Assembly: GCA_951406725.2 (NCBI GenBank)
Contig: OX597834.1
Span: 37,138,001 to 37,202,000 of the forward strand
Source of the DNA: Octopus vulgaris
Taxonomy: Eukaryota
Reading direction: 5' to 3'
Length of the DNA stretch: 64,000 nt
Shown piece after piece: positions 14,168 to 27,409 of this stretch. The notes under the pieces were generated by a model. That model was not told the DNA's origin and made no database searches. It was given only the letters and a program-made list of their open reading frames with translations. The position numbers and the translations under genes are program-made. How positions within the stretch are numbered: position 1 is the first letter of the stretch; each line of letters starts with the position of its first letter.

Positions 14168-15439
14168 GTGAGAATACCATTACTTCAATGTTATATATCT
14201 TATGTTTGTTAATATTATTTTGTCTGTTTTACGGCTGTCGCTCTGAAAATTGTACATGTTTTATGGCAATCGGTTAATTTACTATATTCATTTTGTTATT
14301 GGGATTAATATAAGTATTTTCTTAGAATCACCTTCCTTTCTTCTATAGGCACAAGGCCTCGAATTTGTGGGGAGGGGATAATCAACCCCAGTACTTAACT
14401 GGTACTTAATTTATTGACCCCGAAATGATGAAAGACAAAGTCAAACTAAGCGGAATTTGAACTCACAACGTAGCGGCAGACGAAATACCGCTAAGTATTT
14501 CGCCCGACTGCCAGCTCACCGCCTTCTTACAATCACTTCATCGACTGTACCTATCACGAATATGCGCAATCTTGAGTGGGAACCTGGTTCGAGAATTTCA
14601 GGGTCTTGGAGAGTGTGGTAGAATTTTTGAGTCACCATTGTTCCGAGGTCTACTGTGTCCCGGTGTAATATCACTCTTCAGGGTCCCATTTATGGTTTGA
14701 ATCGCATGTATCCACCCAAGACAGGGAATGCTGAAATAATGGGATGCAGCATGGTGAATGGGAACAATTTTGTCAGATGAACTTATTGAGTCAATGGTTA
14801 ATTAATGGTTAAATATTGACTGGGTGAACAGACATTAAACTGATAATGGCACGGATCATCTAGTCGAGTTAGAGAACTACTGTTATCATCAAGATAGCGT
14901 TCGAAGATGAGACATTTTAGTAAGAGAAACATCAATGTGACTAAAACCCAAACCAGACATCCATGGTGGAAGCACATGACCTAGTAGTTAGAGCAGCGGA
15001 CTCACGGTCGAGGGATCGTGGGTTCGAATCTCAGACCGGGCGATGTGTGTGTTTATGAGCGAAACACCTAAGCTCCACGCGGCTCCCGCAGAAGGCAATG
15101 GCAAACTTCTGCTGACTCTTTCGCCACAACTTTCTCTCACTCTTTCCTCCTGCATCTTGCAACTCCCCTGCGAGGGACCGGCGTCCCGTCCAGGTGGGAA
15201 ACCTATACGCCAAGGAAACCGGGAAACCGGCCCTTATGAGTCAGGCGTGGTTCGAGAAGGAACAAACAACATCAGACATCCATGTCTCGTCGCTCGATTC
15301 GGGTCGCTTGGCGTGGATGAGTTAAAAGTGATCCAGGCAAGTCATCCGACCAATTTGATTGCATCATACTTAAATGTGACTGATTGTTCGAGATAACACC
15401 ATCTATAAACGTATTGTGTTTAAAAGTGTAAAAGGCGAA

Positions 15440-15820
15440 GGAGTGGCTGTGTGGTAAGTAGCTTGCTAACCAACCACATGGTTCCGGGTTCAGTCCCACT
15501 GCGTGGCATCTTGGGCAAGTGTCTTCTGCTAGAGCCCCGGGCCGACCAATGCCTTGTGAGTGGATTTGGTAGATGGAAACTGAAAGAAGCCTGTCGTATA
15601 TATGTATATATATGTATGTGTGTTTGTGTTTGTCCCCCTAGCATTGCTTGACAACCGATGCTGGTGTGTTTACGTCTCCGTCACTTAGCGGTTCGGCAAA
15701 AAGAGAGACCGATAGAATAAGTACTTGTCTTACAAAGAATAAGTCTCGGGGTCGATTTGCTCGACTAAAGGCGGTGCTCCAGCATGGCCGCAGCCAAATG
15801 ACTGAAACAACTAAAAGAGT
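15440..15820 (+). mobile_element. tRNA-derived SINE (same family)
   Basis: Near-identical to 3148-3555 and 23347-23745. Confidence 0.85.
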
Positions 15821-16179
15821 ATATACTAGAAATTCTTTCCTGACAGCGGCTAGCTGGGGCGTCAGATACATTTCAGCCTTTTTAGGCCTTGTCAGCGATG
15901 TTTACTCGCAGCAACCCCAATGCTTAAACGAGATTTGTCCCCTCCAATATATCGATATATAGGGAACAGTGAATAATACATCTATCCATATCACCAGTAG
16001 CTACTGGGCTGAATGAATAAAATCACTTATATGAGCTAAAGGTATGTTTCTGCCAGTGCTTACATTTGACGTCGAATCTACTAACGGTTTTTAAAAAAAT
16101 ACTTAATAGCGTTCTGTTTATCATTTATGCAGTCATCAAAATTATTATAATGTCTTGTTGTTGAGATAGGTTCTCTTTC

Positions 16180-16262
16180 ATTCGCGATGAGAAGATTGCA
16201 TTTTACACCGTTTATTCCTTTGGAATAAAACCAATGTTGTCTTCGAAACATATGTCGGAAGT
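16180..16262 (+). ncRNA. Degenerate hammerhead in a pLTR remnant
   Basis: GCGATGA-gaaga...tcttc-GAAA-catatg-TC-ggaa; core position 3 is mutated. Confidence 0.5.
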
Positions 16263-16559
16263 AAAAGAATTTAAATAACATCTGCGTTCAACTCCATTTA
16301 TTTACTTATACATATATGTATATATGAGAACTTACTGTGGATAAGGCTGTGTAGTGTTCGATTATAAATAAATAAAAAATATACAATCAATAAGTTTAAA
16401 GCTCGAAATAGGGGTAATAAATAGTCGACAACTGAGGAGGAGTTAGACTTCTTTTCATGTTTTGTCCTGTACTTTTCTCTCGTTATATGTTTACGTATTT
16501 TTCGCTAGTGGTGTCCTGAGCTTAATGTGTATTTATATATACATTTCTTCTATTTTCAG

Positions 16560-16769
16560 GTTGTAAAAATGCTACTGACCATTGTAGTCATGTTCGGTGT
16601 ATGTTGGATGCCTTTCAGTATATTAATCTTGTTCCTCGAGTACCATTATGAACTAGCTTTGAAGCCCGGTTCCAAATTAATATCTATATATATTTCCCTA
16701 CACTGGTTAGCCATGGCCCACTCTTTTGTGAACCCTATCATCTATGGCTTCATGAATGATAATTTCAGA
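16560..16769 (+). CDS. GPCR A exon 2 (TM6-TM7)
   Basis: Acceptor ttttcag; 70 codons [30 protein letters not shown]; donor GTAAGC. Confidence 0.93.
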
Positions 16770-17246
16770 GTAAGCTAATCTTGTTCTTTTCTTGTTTTAT
16801 CCTCAGGTAAGCCGCCTGGTCCAGTAGATATAAGGCTAAAAAAATTCCTTCCGTAACCATCTATTCATATTAAGAAATTGTATTTTCATACAGTAGTTGT
16901 TTACCCCTACCACAGCCACAATTGAGGAGACATCATCAAAGGCTTTCTAAGAGTGACCATACATACATACATAGACACACACACATATGTATGTATGTTT
17001 GTATGTAAGTATGTAATTATGCATACATGTATATATGTATGTACACGTATGTATGCACGTATGTGTTTATGTATATATGCATGTATATATACAAGTAATA
17101 AGAGAGGGACCACATGTGGTCACTCTAACGCTAGAAATAGATCCGCAAAGGGAATCCACCACTAAAGAATTGTTCTCAAGCATTAATTCAACACGCCAAG
17201 AATGTAAGTGGGCAGGACAAATGAAAAATAACGAAAAAATGGATTA

Positions 17247-17321
17247 ACTCTATACAATCGTTTCATCGTTAATAGATTGTGTAATTTTACTTACAAATCA
17301 TTTTCGAATCATCGGTAGAGT
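17247..17321 (-). ncRNA. Hammerhead ribozyme, inverted copy of 17849-17923
   Basis: Reverse complement reads actcta-CCGATGA...GAAA-cgattg-TA-tagagt. Confidence 0.7.
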
Positions 17322-17848
17322 ATATCAAAAATATAATTTGCTGAACCGAACGCCAAAATCCATACAAAGCCGAGCAAAGGCGAACGGCACAGCCGATTAT
17401 ACTTGCAGTTACGTTCAAATATGCTCATTTTTGGCGCGTTGAATTCTTGGCGTGTTGAATTAATGCTTGAGAACAATTCTTTAGTGGTGGATTCCCTTTG
17501 CGGATCTATTTCTAGCGTTAGAGTGACCACATGTGGTCCCACTCTTATTACTTGTATTAATAATTTTTACTGTATCACAGTTTTTTTACGCTAGGCCACT
17601 TGGTGTTTTAAATTGATGTTATTAATTAATATTCAATTTTTTCCACCCTTATTATGATTTTAATTATAAATTAATATGTTCTCAAACCGGCAGTAAATTA
17701 CTGGGGTAGTATTTACATCCGGTATTTTCAACGCGCCAAGAATGAGGATATTTGAACGTAACTGCAAGTATAATCGGCTGTGCCGTTCGCCTTTGCTCGG
17801 CTTCGTATGGATTTTGGCGTTCGGTTCAGCAAATTATATTTTTGCTAT

Positions 17849-17923
17849 ACTCTACCGATGATTCGAAAATGATTTGTAAGTAAAATTACACAATCTATTA
17901 ACGATGAAACAATTGTATAGAGT
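17849..17923 (+). ncRNA. Hammerhead ribozyme, CCGATGA core variant
   Basis: actcta-CCGATGA-ttcg...cgat-GAAA-caattg-TA-tagagt (6-bp stem I). Confidence 0.75.
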
Positions 17924-18193
17924 TAATCCATTTTTTCGTTATTTTTCATTTGTCCTGCCCCCTTACATTCTTGGCATGTTGAATTAATGCTTGAGAACAA
18001 TTCTTTAGTGGTGGATTCCCTTTGCGGATCTATTTCTAGCGTTAGAGTGACCACATGTGGTCCCTCTCTTATTACTTGTATTAATAATTTTTACTGAATC
18101 ACAGTTTTTTACGCTAGGCCACTTAGTGTTTTAAATTGATGTTGTTAATTAATATTCAATTTTTTTTCACCCTTATTGTGATTTTAATTATGC

Positions 18194-18236
<43 letters not shown>

Positions 18237-18327
18237 CATATGTATGTATATATATATGCATGTATGTATATATATGTTTATATATTCATATAGAGAGTTT
18301 TTGAATTGACTACCTTATTATTCTCTT

Positions 18328-18381
<54 letters not shown>

Positions 18382-18420
18382 TAAAAAATGGAGTTAACGC
18401 AGGTTTAAACAAGTAGTTTT

Positions 18421-18506
18421 ACTTTCTACATATGTTTCGAAAATTCCACTGATACTATTCGAAAGAATATAAGGTATAAACAATGCAATCTTCTCTTCGG
18501 GAAAGT
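18421..18506 (-). ncRNA. Hammerhead ribozyme, inverted copy of 19288-19372
   Basis: Reverse-complement match with intact stem I and GAAA-catatg-TA. Confidence 0.72.
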
Positions 18507-19287
18507 GAAAAAACGAAACTCGTCAATACGACATTTTAGCAAAAAAATGATGGATTCGTATAGCGATAGACAGAACGCTATTAATATTGTTTAAAAAAAC
18601 GTTATATGATATAACGTCATAAGTAGCTAACAGAAAGAGTAGGGATATTAATAGTGAATGTTAAATATAAAGGAAATTAAAGTTTAAACTATATATAATG
18701 ATAGAGACTACTTATATGCACTAAAAGTATGTTTCTGCCAATGCTTACATCTGTATGCTCGTTCTATAACCGTGTTTACTAGAGTATTTTTAGAAAAAAT
18801 AATGAAAAATAGCTCAGAATTGCAGAGAAGACAGAATTTCTTGCCTTTGTCATAAGGTATCGAAATTGAGAGGATCAACCATTCTAAATGAAATTGTTCA
18901 TTGTGGTCTTTTAAATCCCAAATCAGTTTGCTGAGACCGGTACTATTCCGTTTATTTCTATCCCTAAATGTTGAGTAATGGATAGAAATTCTTTTAGATA
19001 ACTCTAACGATGTGCTTCCAATGTAAAATCGTACTTTATTACGAGTACTGATTACACACTGGTATATAGAATTTTTAATCTTAGAGTTACTTGACATAAA
19101 TTTAATTCTATTGGAATTGACTTCAGATACAATAACCTTGTTATTAATATTTCTAGAGGGTTGGATGGTATTAGCTAAATTAATGTTAGTATTAGTAAAT
19201 GCAATAATATTTAATAGCGTTCTGTCTATCGCTATACGAATCCATCATTTTTTGCTAAAATGTCGTATTGACGAGTTTCGTTTTTTC

Positions 19288-19372
19288 ACTTTCCCGAAGA
19301 GAAGATTGCATTGTTTATACCTTTTATTCTTTTGAATAGTATCAGTGGATTTTCGAAACATATGTAGAAAGT
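19288..19372 (+). ncRNA. Hammerhead ribozyme, CCGAAGA core variant
   Basis: actttc-CCGAAGA-gaagat...attttc-GAAA-catatg-TA-gaaagt. Confidence 0.75.
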
Positions 19373-19602
19373 AAAACTACTTGTTTAAACCTGCGTTAAC
19401 TCCATTTTTTATTCATATTATTCAAAATATTCAACGTAAACACGAAGTTTCAACCTTTATAAACAAGGAGTTGCAACATCTTTACTTGTGAGATTTTTGC
19501 CTCCCTGGTAACTATCTATTTATTTTTCCGTGTTAATTGTTAACAAGGTAAAATACACTCATCTATTTATATATATATATATATATATATTTATATACAT
19601 GC

Positions 19603-19659
<57 letters not shown>

Positions 19660-19732
19660 TGTTTCTGTCAGTCAATCTATATATCTATCTATATATATAT
19701 ATATTATATTGTATTATATTATATATACATGT

Positions 19733-19794
<62 letters not shown>

Positions 19795-20680
19795 TTTGAT
19801 GTAAAGACTCTATTATTCATTGCCCGTGGGGATAGAGTAACGAAGCTTCTGTTTGTGTCCACGAGTAGCTTGGAGCCGAGCATGAAAAGTGGTGGCGATA
19901 GAGAAGCACTGAAGTTTGTCTCTTTCGTTCAGGATATGTGAAACCTATGCTCTAAGTTTCGGGACCTCGCCCATTGAGTAAAATTGACATCAAACGATCA
20001 TGACTATAAAATAAAATAAAATAATAAAATAATAATAATAATAAAGAAAAAAATAATAATGTAATAATAATAAAAAAATAAAATAATAAAATAATAATAA
20101 AATAATAAAATAATAATAAAAAATAATAATAAAATAATAATAATTAAAAAAATGAAATAAAATAAAATAATAAAATAATAATTAAAAAAAATAAAATAAA
20201 ATCATAAAATAATAATAATAAAATAAAATAAAATAAAATAATAAAATAATAATAATAAAAAAATAAAATAAAAAAATAATTATAATAAAAAAATAAAATA
20301 AAATAAACTAAAATAATAAAATAATAATAATAATAAAAATATATATATATATTTAAAATTTATAAGTTTAAATTATTTAAATAATTTCAAAAATTTTAAT
20401 TTGGAATTTTATATTTTATATTTTTTAATTAATTTTTTTCTATGTATTGGCTTATGATTTTCACTGTTTGATTTGCCTAATAGTGGTTTTATCTCTAAGC
20501 ATGTAAAAAATCCACATGGTGGTGTTCTCTCCGTGTATATTTCATACTTTATTTTGTACGTACGTATGTATATATGTATGTGTGTATGTATGCATGTATG
20601 TATGCATGTGTGTATGTATATGTGTGTATATCTACGTATGTATGCATGTATGTACGTTTAAATATATATGTATGCATCCA

Positions 20681-20711
<31 letters not shown>

Positions 20712-20769
20712 TTATAAACATCCATGTATGCGTATCTGTGTCGATCTGTATGTTTAATTCTACTTGCAG

Positions 20770-20847
20770 GATGATTTAAAAAATCTCTTCAAGAAATTAC
20801 GACTCTTATCGTCCGTAAGATCAGCATCAACAACATATACGTCATAG
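20770..20847 (+). CDS. GPCR A exon 3 (helix 8 and C-tail), not in the ORF track; total protein about 351 aa
   Basis: Acceptor ttgcag, then DDLKNLFKKLRLLSSVRSASTTYTS-TAG. Homologous to exon 3 of paralog B (DDLKELLK). Confidence 0.85.
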   Translation, partial: DDLKNLFKKLRLLSSVRSASTTYTS

Positions 20848-21929
20848 GATTCAGCTTCGGTGAAGAAAATTACTTTCGAAGAATTTAAGTTAAAGAAAAT
20901 TAATCTTCAGACTTCGAGGAAAAAAAATTCTTGTCCTGACTGACTGCAATGGCCAAGTTGTTCTACAGGAAAGACAGGTCAATCAGTATCCAAAGGACAG
21001 AAGTCATTTCGTGTAAAAAATTTAGGACTACAAATGAAACATTCTACAATTCCTTTTAAGCTTCCCATAAAACACGCTGGTGCACACACATACATGCATA
21101 CAAACGTACATACATATATACATACATAATATACATGTATAAATGTATTTATTATACATGCCGTGAACAGGAATTAATCTTCTCTCTTCGCTCTTTTACG
21201 CCATTTGGTCTCAACTCCCCCTTCTCATCTAACCCCCCCCCGACTCCTACTTCTCTTCAGTCCTTCATCTTTTCACCCCACTCTCTTTCCCTCCTCTTCT
21301 TTCCTCTTTCTTCTTCCCTCTTCGCCTGCTCTCTTTCTCTCTGATCCCTCACTCCCCTTCTCTCCCCTCCTTTCCCATCCCCACCTCCTCTTCCCTCCTT
21401 TCCCATCTCCCTCCTCTTCTCCTCTCCTTCCTTCTCCCTTCCCCCTCTTTCCCTCCCCTTCCCTCTCCTCTCCTTCCTTCTTCCCCCCTCCCTTCCCTCT
21501 CTCCTCTCCTCTCCTTCCTTTTCCCCCCTCACCCCCACATCTAATCTCTCCTCCCTCCCCCTCCCCTCTCCCCCTCATCTCCACTCTCCCCTCTCCCTCC
21601 CGCTCATCTCCTCTCTTCCCTCCCCCTCATCTCTCTTCCCTCCTCCACTCCTCCCTCTCTCTTCTCTCCCCCTTTCACTCTACCCACAACCCCCACTCTA
21701 CCCCAACACCCATCCAGACCTTTCATACGCACATACATACTCTCTCATACACACACGCACCCTTATGTTGGGGCGAGGTCATTTGACCTTGTTATCTCCC
21801 CTACTATCCCTCTTGCGTCTAACGTCTGATCTCTGACTTCTGGCCGAAATCAGACCGCCATGTTGATTCGTTAGCTCCTCCACGCATTTTTTTCTCTCCT
21901 TGTTTCTCTACGTGTTTCTTTTCTGTGTA

Positions 21930-21967
21930 TCTTTCTGTTGAAGAGCGTAGGCTCGAAACGTAAAAGA
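21930..21967 (+). ncRNA. Minimal hammerhead-like motif (CTGTTGA core)
   Basis: tcttt-CTGTTGA-agagc(gtag)gctc-GAAA-cg-TA-aaaga. A related decayed copy lies on the minus strand at ~30550-30585. Confidence 0.55.
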
Positions 21968-22094
21968 CTTGTTTTATTTCTATTCCTGAGCGCCATACTA
22001 ATACAATTGATTGTTTGTACTCCACCTGCCTTCGTCTTTTGTTTATTTTCGTAAATCTTCCTGTTATATATATATATATATGTATGTATCTCTT

Positions 22095-22440
22095 CTCTCC
22101 TCATGTGACCAGTGTTCAGCCAGGCCTGACCTTTCTTTCTTGGTTGGACTACTGTCCGTGCAACATCTATATTCCCTCCTGTGCTTCTTAAATCTTATGT
22201 CCTTGCTATAAGGCTTTACTTCAACACACGTCAGCTTAATTTAATTCGTCTTTAGTCGAAAGACACCTATTGTTATGTCCTGTTATTTGTATTTGTGTAA
22301 CATTTCTCTGTTTTTTTTTCCCGTCCTTGTTTTCGTATACATATGGTGCTTTCTTCCACGGAATGTAATGCTCTGAGCTTATTGTTTTCCTTTGGACTGG
22401 CCACATTGGAGCAATCTCGAGTATAACCAGCCGAAATTCG
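22095..22440 (+). repeat. Dispersed ~350 bp repeat, second copy at ~47845-48190
   Basis: Colinear similarity, e.g. gtccgtgcaaca, ttagtcgaaagacNcct, cccgtccttgttttcgtatacat. Confidence 0.75.
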
Positions 22441-23346
22441 CTTTTTGTGACAAGTTTTACTATGAATAATTATCGTAAAAATTTATTATGTAGAACTGCC
22501 CGCGCTCATTCTTAAGAAAACACGAAATTCATATAGCAGCTATCATCTATTTTATTTAATACACACCTTGTCGTCTTACTTATCTTACACCGTGTAAACA
22601 AAGAAGGGATATGTTTCAACATGTTCAATGGGAGTGAACTAGTGCTAATGGATAGCATCATTCTTCCACAGAACAACAAACAATAAGTATCTATAACATT
22701 TTTAGGTATTCAATTATATATTATTAATTAAAGTCAAGTTTCAGTATTTATTACACTTGACCAAAAACGAGAGAGAAAACACAGCGGAATACATCATTAG
22801 GTGAGACAAGCTGACTGATAGGTGACGGTCGTTTAGAAAAAGCGCGGGCTAAAACTACGCGCCTTCACTAGTCAGTTAAGGTGAGACAGTGTCACGTGAC
22901 AACTTGCTGGGGCTGCCTGCTGGAGCCTATGTGGCAGGTATTTAAAGGAAAAAATTTGACAAGACAGTCAGTCACCGGCTGACACTCGCTGACGATACAT
23001 CGAAGAGGCCAGGGAACAGAAGAAAGAAGAAGAAAGGAGACATGCACTCAACACCTGAGCTGAAGACACCTCTGAAAGGGGGGGGGGCCGCCACGTCAAA
23101 ACGGTAGAGGAGTAGGGGCCGAAACCGGACGTGGTTCCTCCTGATGATATCTTGAGCTAACTGGATCCTATAAAGGAGCTGTTGTGGTAGCAGACCACGA
23201 AACACGGTTGTAATTCCTAATCTATTCAAATCCCTCTTTTCTAACTGACTTATAACATATTCAATGGAGAAAAGCTTTTATGAGAATTTCCCGAGTGACT
23301 GCCACTTGAACATTCACTAGTATATTTTTACGAAAATGAACGGCGC

Positions 23347-23506
23347 AGGAGTGGCTGTATGGTAAGTAGCGTGCTAACCAGCCACATGGTTCCAGTTTCA
23401 GTCCCACTGCGTGGCATCTTGGGCAAGTGTCTTCTGCTATATCCCCGGGCCGACCAATGCCTTGTGAGTGGATTTGGTAGACGGAAACTGAAAGAAGCCT
23501 GTCGTA

Positions 23507-23539
<33 letters not shown>

Positions 23540-23745
23540 GCGTGTGTGTGTTTGTTCCCCTAGCATTGCTTGACAACCGATGCTGGTGTGTTTACGTCCC
23601 CGTCACTTAGCGGTTCGGCAAAAAGAGACCGATAGAATAAGTACTAGGCTTACAAAGAATAAGTCCCGGGGTCGATTTTCTCGACTAAAGGCGGTGCTCC
23701 AGCATGGCCGCAGTCAAATGACTGAAACAAATAAAAGAGAAAAAG
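23347..23745 (+). mobile_element. tRNA-derived SINE (same family)
   Basis: Near-identical to 15440-15820. Confidence 0.85.
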
Positions 23746-24074
23746 AGAGCGTTCGGAGCCACATTCTATAAATTAAATACAAATTAGTTTTATAATAACC
23801 GCCAGAGAAACAAGACAGCATGCATCAAACAGTTTCATACAATTTTGAAAATCTACTACGAAACCAGTTATATGCATTCCTGTTCCCATATTTTAAAATC
23901 TAACTACATTCTAATTAATTTGAATATATGTGCATTCTTAATCTCATTGCTGCTATATTTACACTTGTTTGGATTAATAACACCAAAGACTTTTCCATTC
24001 TTCTCGAGTGTTAAACTAATAAAGCTGCTTGTTGTTGATTCCCCTGTTTTCGTCTTATGTTTTCTGTACATTTG

Positions 24075-24120
<46 letters not shown>

Positions 24121-24795
24121 TTTATTTAAAAGCAGCAGAAATATAACAAAAGCTGTTACTCGTAGTTTCACGAACGGTAACGTGAAACTCTGGCAAAAGA
24201 GACTGATAGAATAAGTAGTAGAATCCAAGAAATATGTATTTTGTCTCTCTTTACGTTCAGAGTTCAAATTCCGCCGAGGTCGACTTTACCTTTCATCCTT
24301 TCCGAGTTGATGAATTAAGGACCAGTTGCGTACTGGAGTCGATCTAATCGACGGCCTCCCTCCCCCAAAATTCCGGACCTTGTGCCTAGAGTAGGAAAGA
24401 AAATAATTTCAGATTCAAATATCTGTTACCTAGTAGCTTAGTAGTTAGGGTTTTGGCCTCACGATCGTAAAATCGTCGGCTAGATTCCCCCCCCCCCCCC
24501 CCACAGGTTGTCGCGCTGTGTTCTTGAGCAAGCCACTTCATTTGCCGCTGCTCCAGTCCATGCAGTTGTAAATGATCGCCTTCCGGTCAAGGGAAAATGT
24601 TGGCTTGTACGCCTAGCCAGAGGAGTAGCATCTATTCGTAAGCTTTAAAAGTATGCGAAGCGCATTGTGACTGGCAGTGTATATAAACACCCGATAGACT
24701 GAGTGACACTGTGATACTGCGATATCTGCTACTGCTACCACATACACCCAAACATCCAAGGACCATATTAGCCTACTACACACATATATTGCTGA

Positions 24796-24877
<82 letters not shown>

Positions 24878-25040
24878 AGAATATATGTGTGTGTGCGTGT
24901 GTGTGTATCAATTGTACTTCAGGATGGTCATTTATTCTAAATAAAAACACGCACTATTTGTCAAAAAAAAAAAATCTCTCGAAATACAACAATATCTGCT
25001 TCAAAACACCATTCCACATCAGGAATCTTGCAAAACGAAT

Positions 25041-25102
<62 letters not shown>

Positions 25103-26079
25103 ATATCTATATATATATATACATGTATATATCTATATATATGTATGTATGTTTGTTTGTATGTATGTATATATGATACTAGACAAATTTACGAAACCAT
25201 CAATATTTGAATAGTATTTAGGAAGGAATTATAAAGTCAAAAAAGTTTAAAAGAATCTCAAAGCAAAAAGGAAAATCGAAAGAAGTTTGAAGACATTTCC
25301 ACCCAAACGGCAAAGCGGTTAACAAAGATATCAACTTTATTTTACTGTGTTCTGATGAAGACAAAACAAGAGAAACGGTGCGCGCAGCCTAAAGCTATTG
25401 TAACTATTACACGTTTGACTAAACAACGCAACAAAGACTTCCTTCGTAGAAAGAACAATGCTACTGAAAACAATACTGTGTCTCTGCTTCTGAAGGTTTG
25501 GTACCAAAGGAAGCAACATCTAACATGTTGAAGCATTACTCTTTGTATTTACACCGTTTTGTGGTTGTTTTTGTTGCTGTAGTTGTAGCTAGTGTTTTGC
25601 TCCTAGTTAGCTCTGTTTAAACAGACCTATGATTAATGGAAGCTTTCCAACCGTGATCATCCTGTCATTTATTCTGGCATATTCTATCTAGGACTACATT
25701 ATTTATTATGTCCTTTATTTCTTCTTTTTTAAGGCAGTAGATTGCGATTAGAAGGAGAATTCGCTGCTGACTCTTGCACATTTAGCGAACACACGAACAG
25801 TTTTTTTAGAGGCTTTATCCTTCTTACTGTTTCGTACGCGACCTAATCATTTCTTTCTTATCTAGGAATTGCAAGAATGTCGAACAAAATAACCCGTAGT
25901 GTTTGATTGTGTGTCTATGCGCTCTGTGTTCAAATCTTACCCATGTTAACTTTGCTTTTTTTTTATTTAGTTTACAATAACGGCCTTCAATGCAAGTCTC
26001 CTTTCACTGCGCTACCAAATGTTTATGTACGGGAAAGAGGATAGCCAGGTGATGGAAAAAATTTCCAATACGGTGGAAT

Positions 26080-26400
26080 TTAATGTCCTGGGGAATCGTT
26101 CTGACGATCTTGTTTTTAATGTTTAAACACTTCATCAAATTCTTTACTTTAGGTAAGATGTGTGTTCTTTCCGCTCTGAAAAGCCTGCATTTTCTTGCTC
26201 CGTTTCTGTATGATTGCCATCATTCAAACACCATTCACTTGGAACTAACATTAATGCTATGGTTTCTTAGTTTCTCGATGTGGTTGGTTAATGCTGACAA
26301 TTTTCTCTTGTCAACATGTCAGAAAGATCAGGTGTGGTTGTGAAATCTTCCTTTGAATTGCTCTTCAGTCATACTTATGTAATTATTCTTTCGTGTTGTA
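26080..26400 (-). pseudogene. Decayed PLE GIY-YIG fragment
   Basis: Minus frame: NYISMTEEQFKGRFHNHT*SF..LSALTNHI..YRNGARKCRL..E..HIL..LN. Confidence 0.6.
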
Positions 26401-26842
26401 TATTTTGAAATTATTGAGGTAATTTCATCTTCGTACCTAATCGATATATTTGTTACACGCTTAATTTAAATAACAAGGGTCTGTATTTCTGCATGATCAA
26501 CCGGGTTGCTGTGTTTTATAGGCTTAACTTTGGATACGCGACGCAGCTGTAATTTATTATCACGAAGCGCTTATTGAAATATTTTGTGAACCTTTGATTT
26601 GTCAGGAAATGCTTCTGAAGAAAATCCGGGAATTATTACCCAGAATAATATTAACATTTATTTAGATACCGTATTAGTTTACACTGACGCTATGCCTGGA
26701 CTGAGAGGGAAGATCCAGTAAGGTGTATAAAACTTTCTTCTTGAACCATTTATATCCTACGGTTTGCTGGTAGTAAGGGGCTACTCTATCGAAAATTTCC
26801 TAAGAAGAGGGAAAGATCAAAGGTTCTACTACGTATAGGCCG

Positions 26843-27150
26843 TGGCATGGCTGTGTCGTTAAGACACTCACTTTACAACTACGTGATTTCAGGTTTAATA
26901 CCCCTGACTTCCTCCATGGACCCGTGACTTCTGTTATCGCCTTGTGGGTGGATTTGGCTAGCAGAAACTATGGAAGCCCTTCGCATGTGGGGGCGTATGC
27001 GTGTTTTCGTGCTTACGTCCCAGTAACTAAGCGGTTCGGCAGAAGAGACCTATAGAATAAGCACCAGGCTTACAAAGGGTCGATTTCTTCGACTAAAAAG
27101 TCATTGCTCCAGCATGGCCACAGCCAAACGACTGGAACAAGTAAAAAAAT
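26843..27150 (+). mobile_element. Older diverged SINE copy
   Basis: Degenerate head ggcatggctgtgtcgttaag and tail gcggttcggc..gctccagcatggcc. Confidence 0.65.
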
Positions 27151-27286
27151 ACTACATATATATACACATACACACATATATATGCATAAAGATATAAATA
27201 CATATATAAGCATATAGAAATACATACATATAGATATGCATAAACATACATAAACATACACACACACACACACACACACATATACA

Positions 27287-27341
<55 letters not shown>

Positions 27342-27409
27342 CATAAAAACACACACACATACACACACATATATATATATACACTCACACGCACAACACA
27401 CAAATGGTA

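Larger units (their letters stand above)
17088..18192. mobile_element. Non-coding PLE-derived element made of inverted and direct pLTR copies
   Basis: 17088-17445 matches the reverse complement of pieces of 17448-17557 and 17728-18075. 17445-17668 is a direct repeat of 17970-18192. It carries two hammerheads in opposite orientations. Confidence 0.75.
18378..19565 (-). mobile_element. PLE 3' fragment: GIY-YIG domain (18708-19097) between inverted pLTRs
   Basis: SIYQC..YIGST..KRISIHYSTF..STGLSKLIWDLK..CLLC..E..CKH. 18378-18586 is inverted at 19207-19416. Confidence 0.85.

Noticed and set aside
14168-14212. ORF-track C-terminal extensions of GPCR exons (also 45762-45782, 16527-16559, 31230-31271)
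   Set aside because: Read-through into introns past canonical splice sites shared by both paralogs.
22880-23220. GC-richer segment with CACGTG, a TATA-like motif and scattered CTGANGA/GAAA
   Set aside because: No consistent hammerhead fold or LTR ends could be assembled; probably an unclassified repeat.
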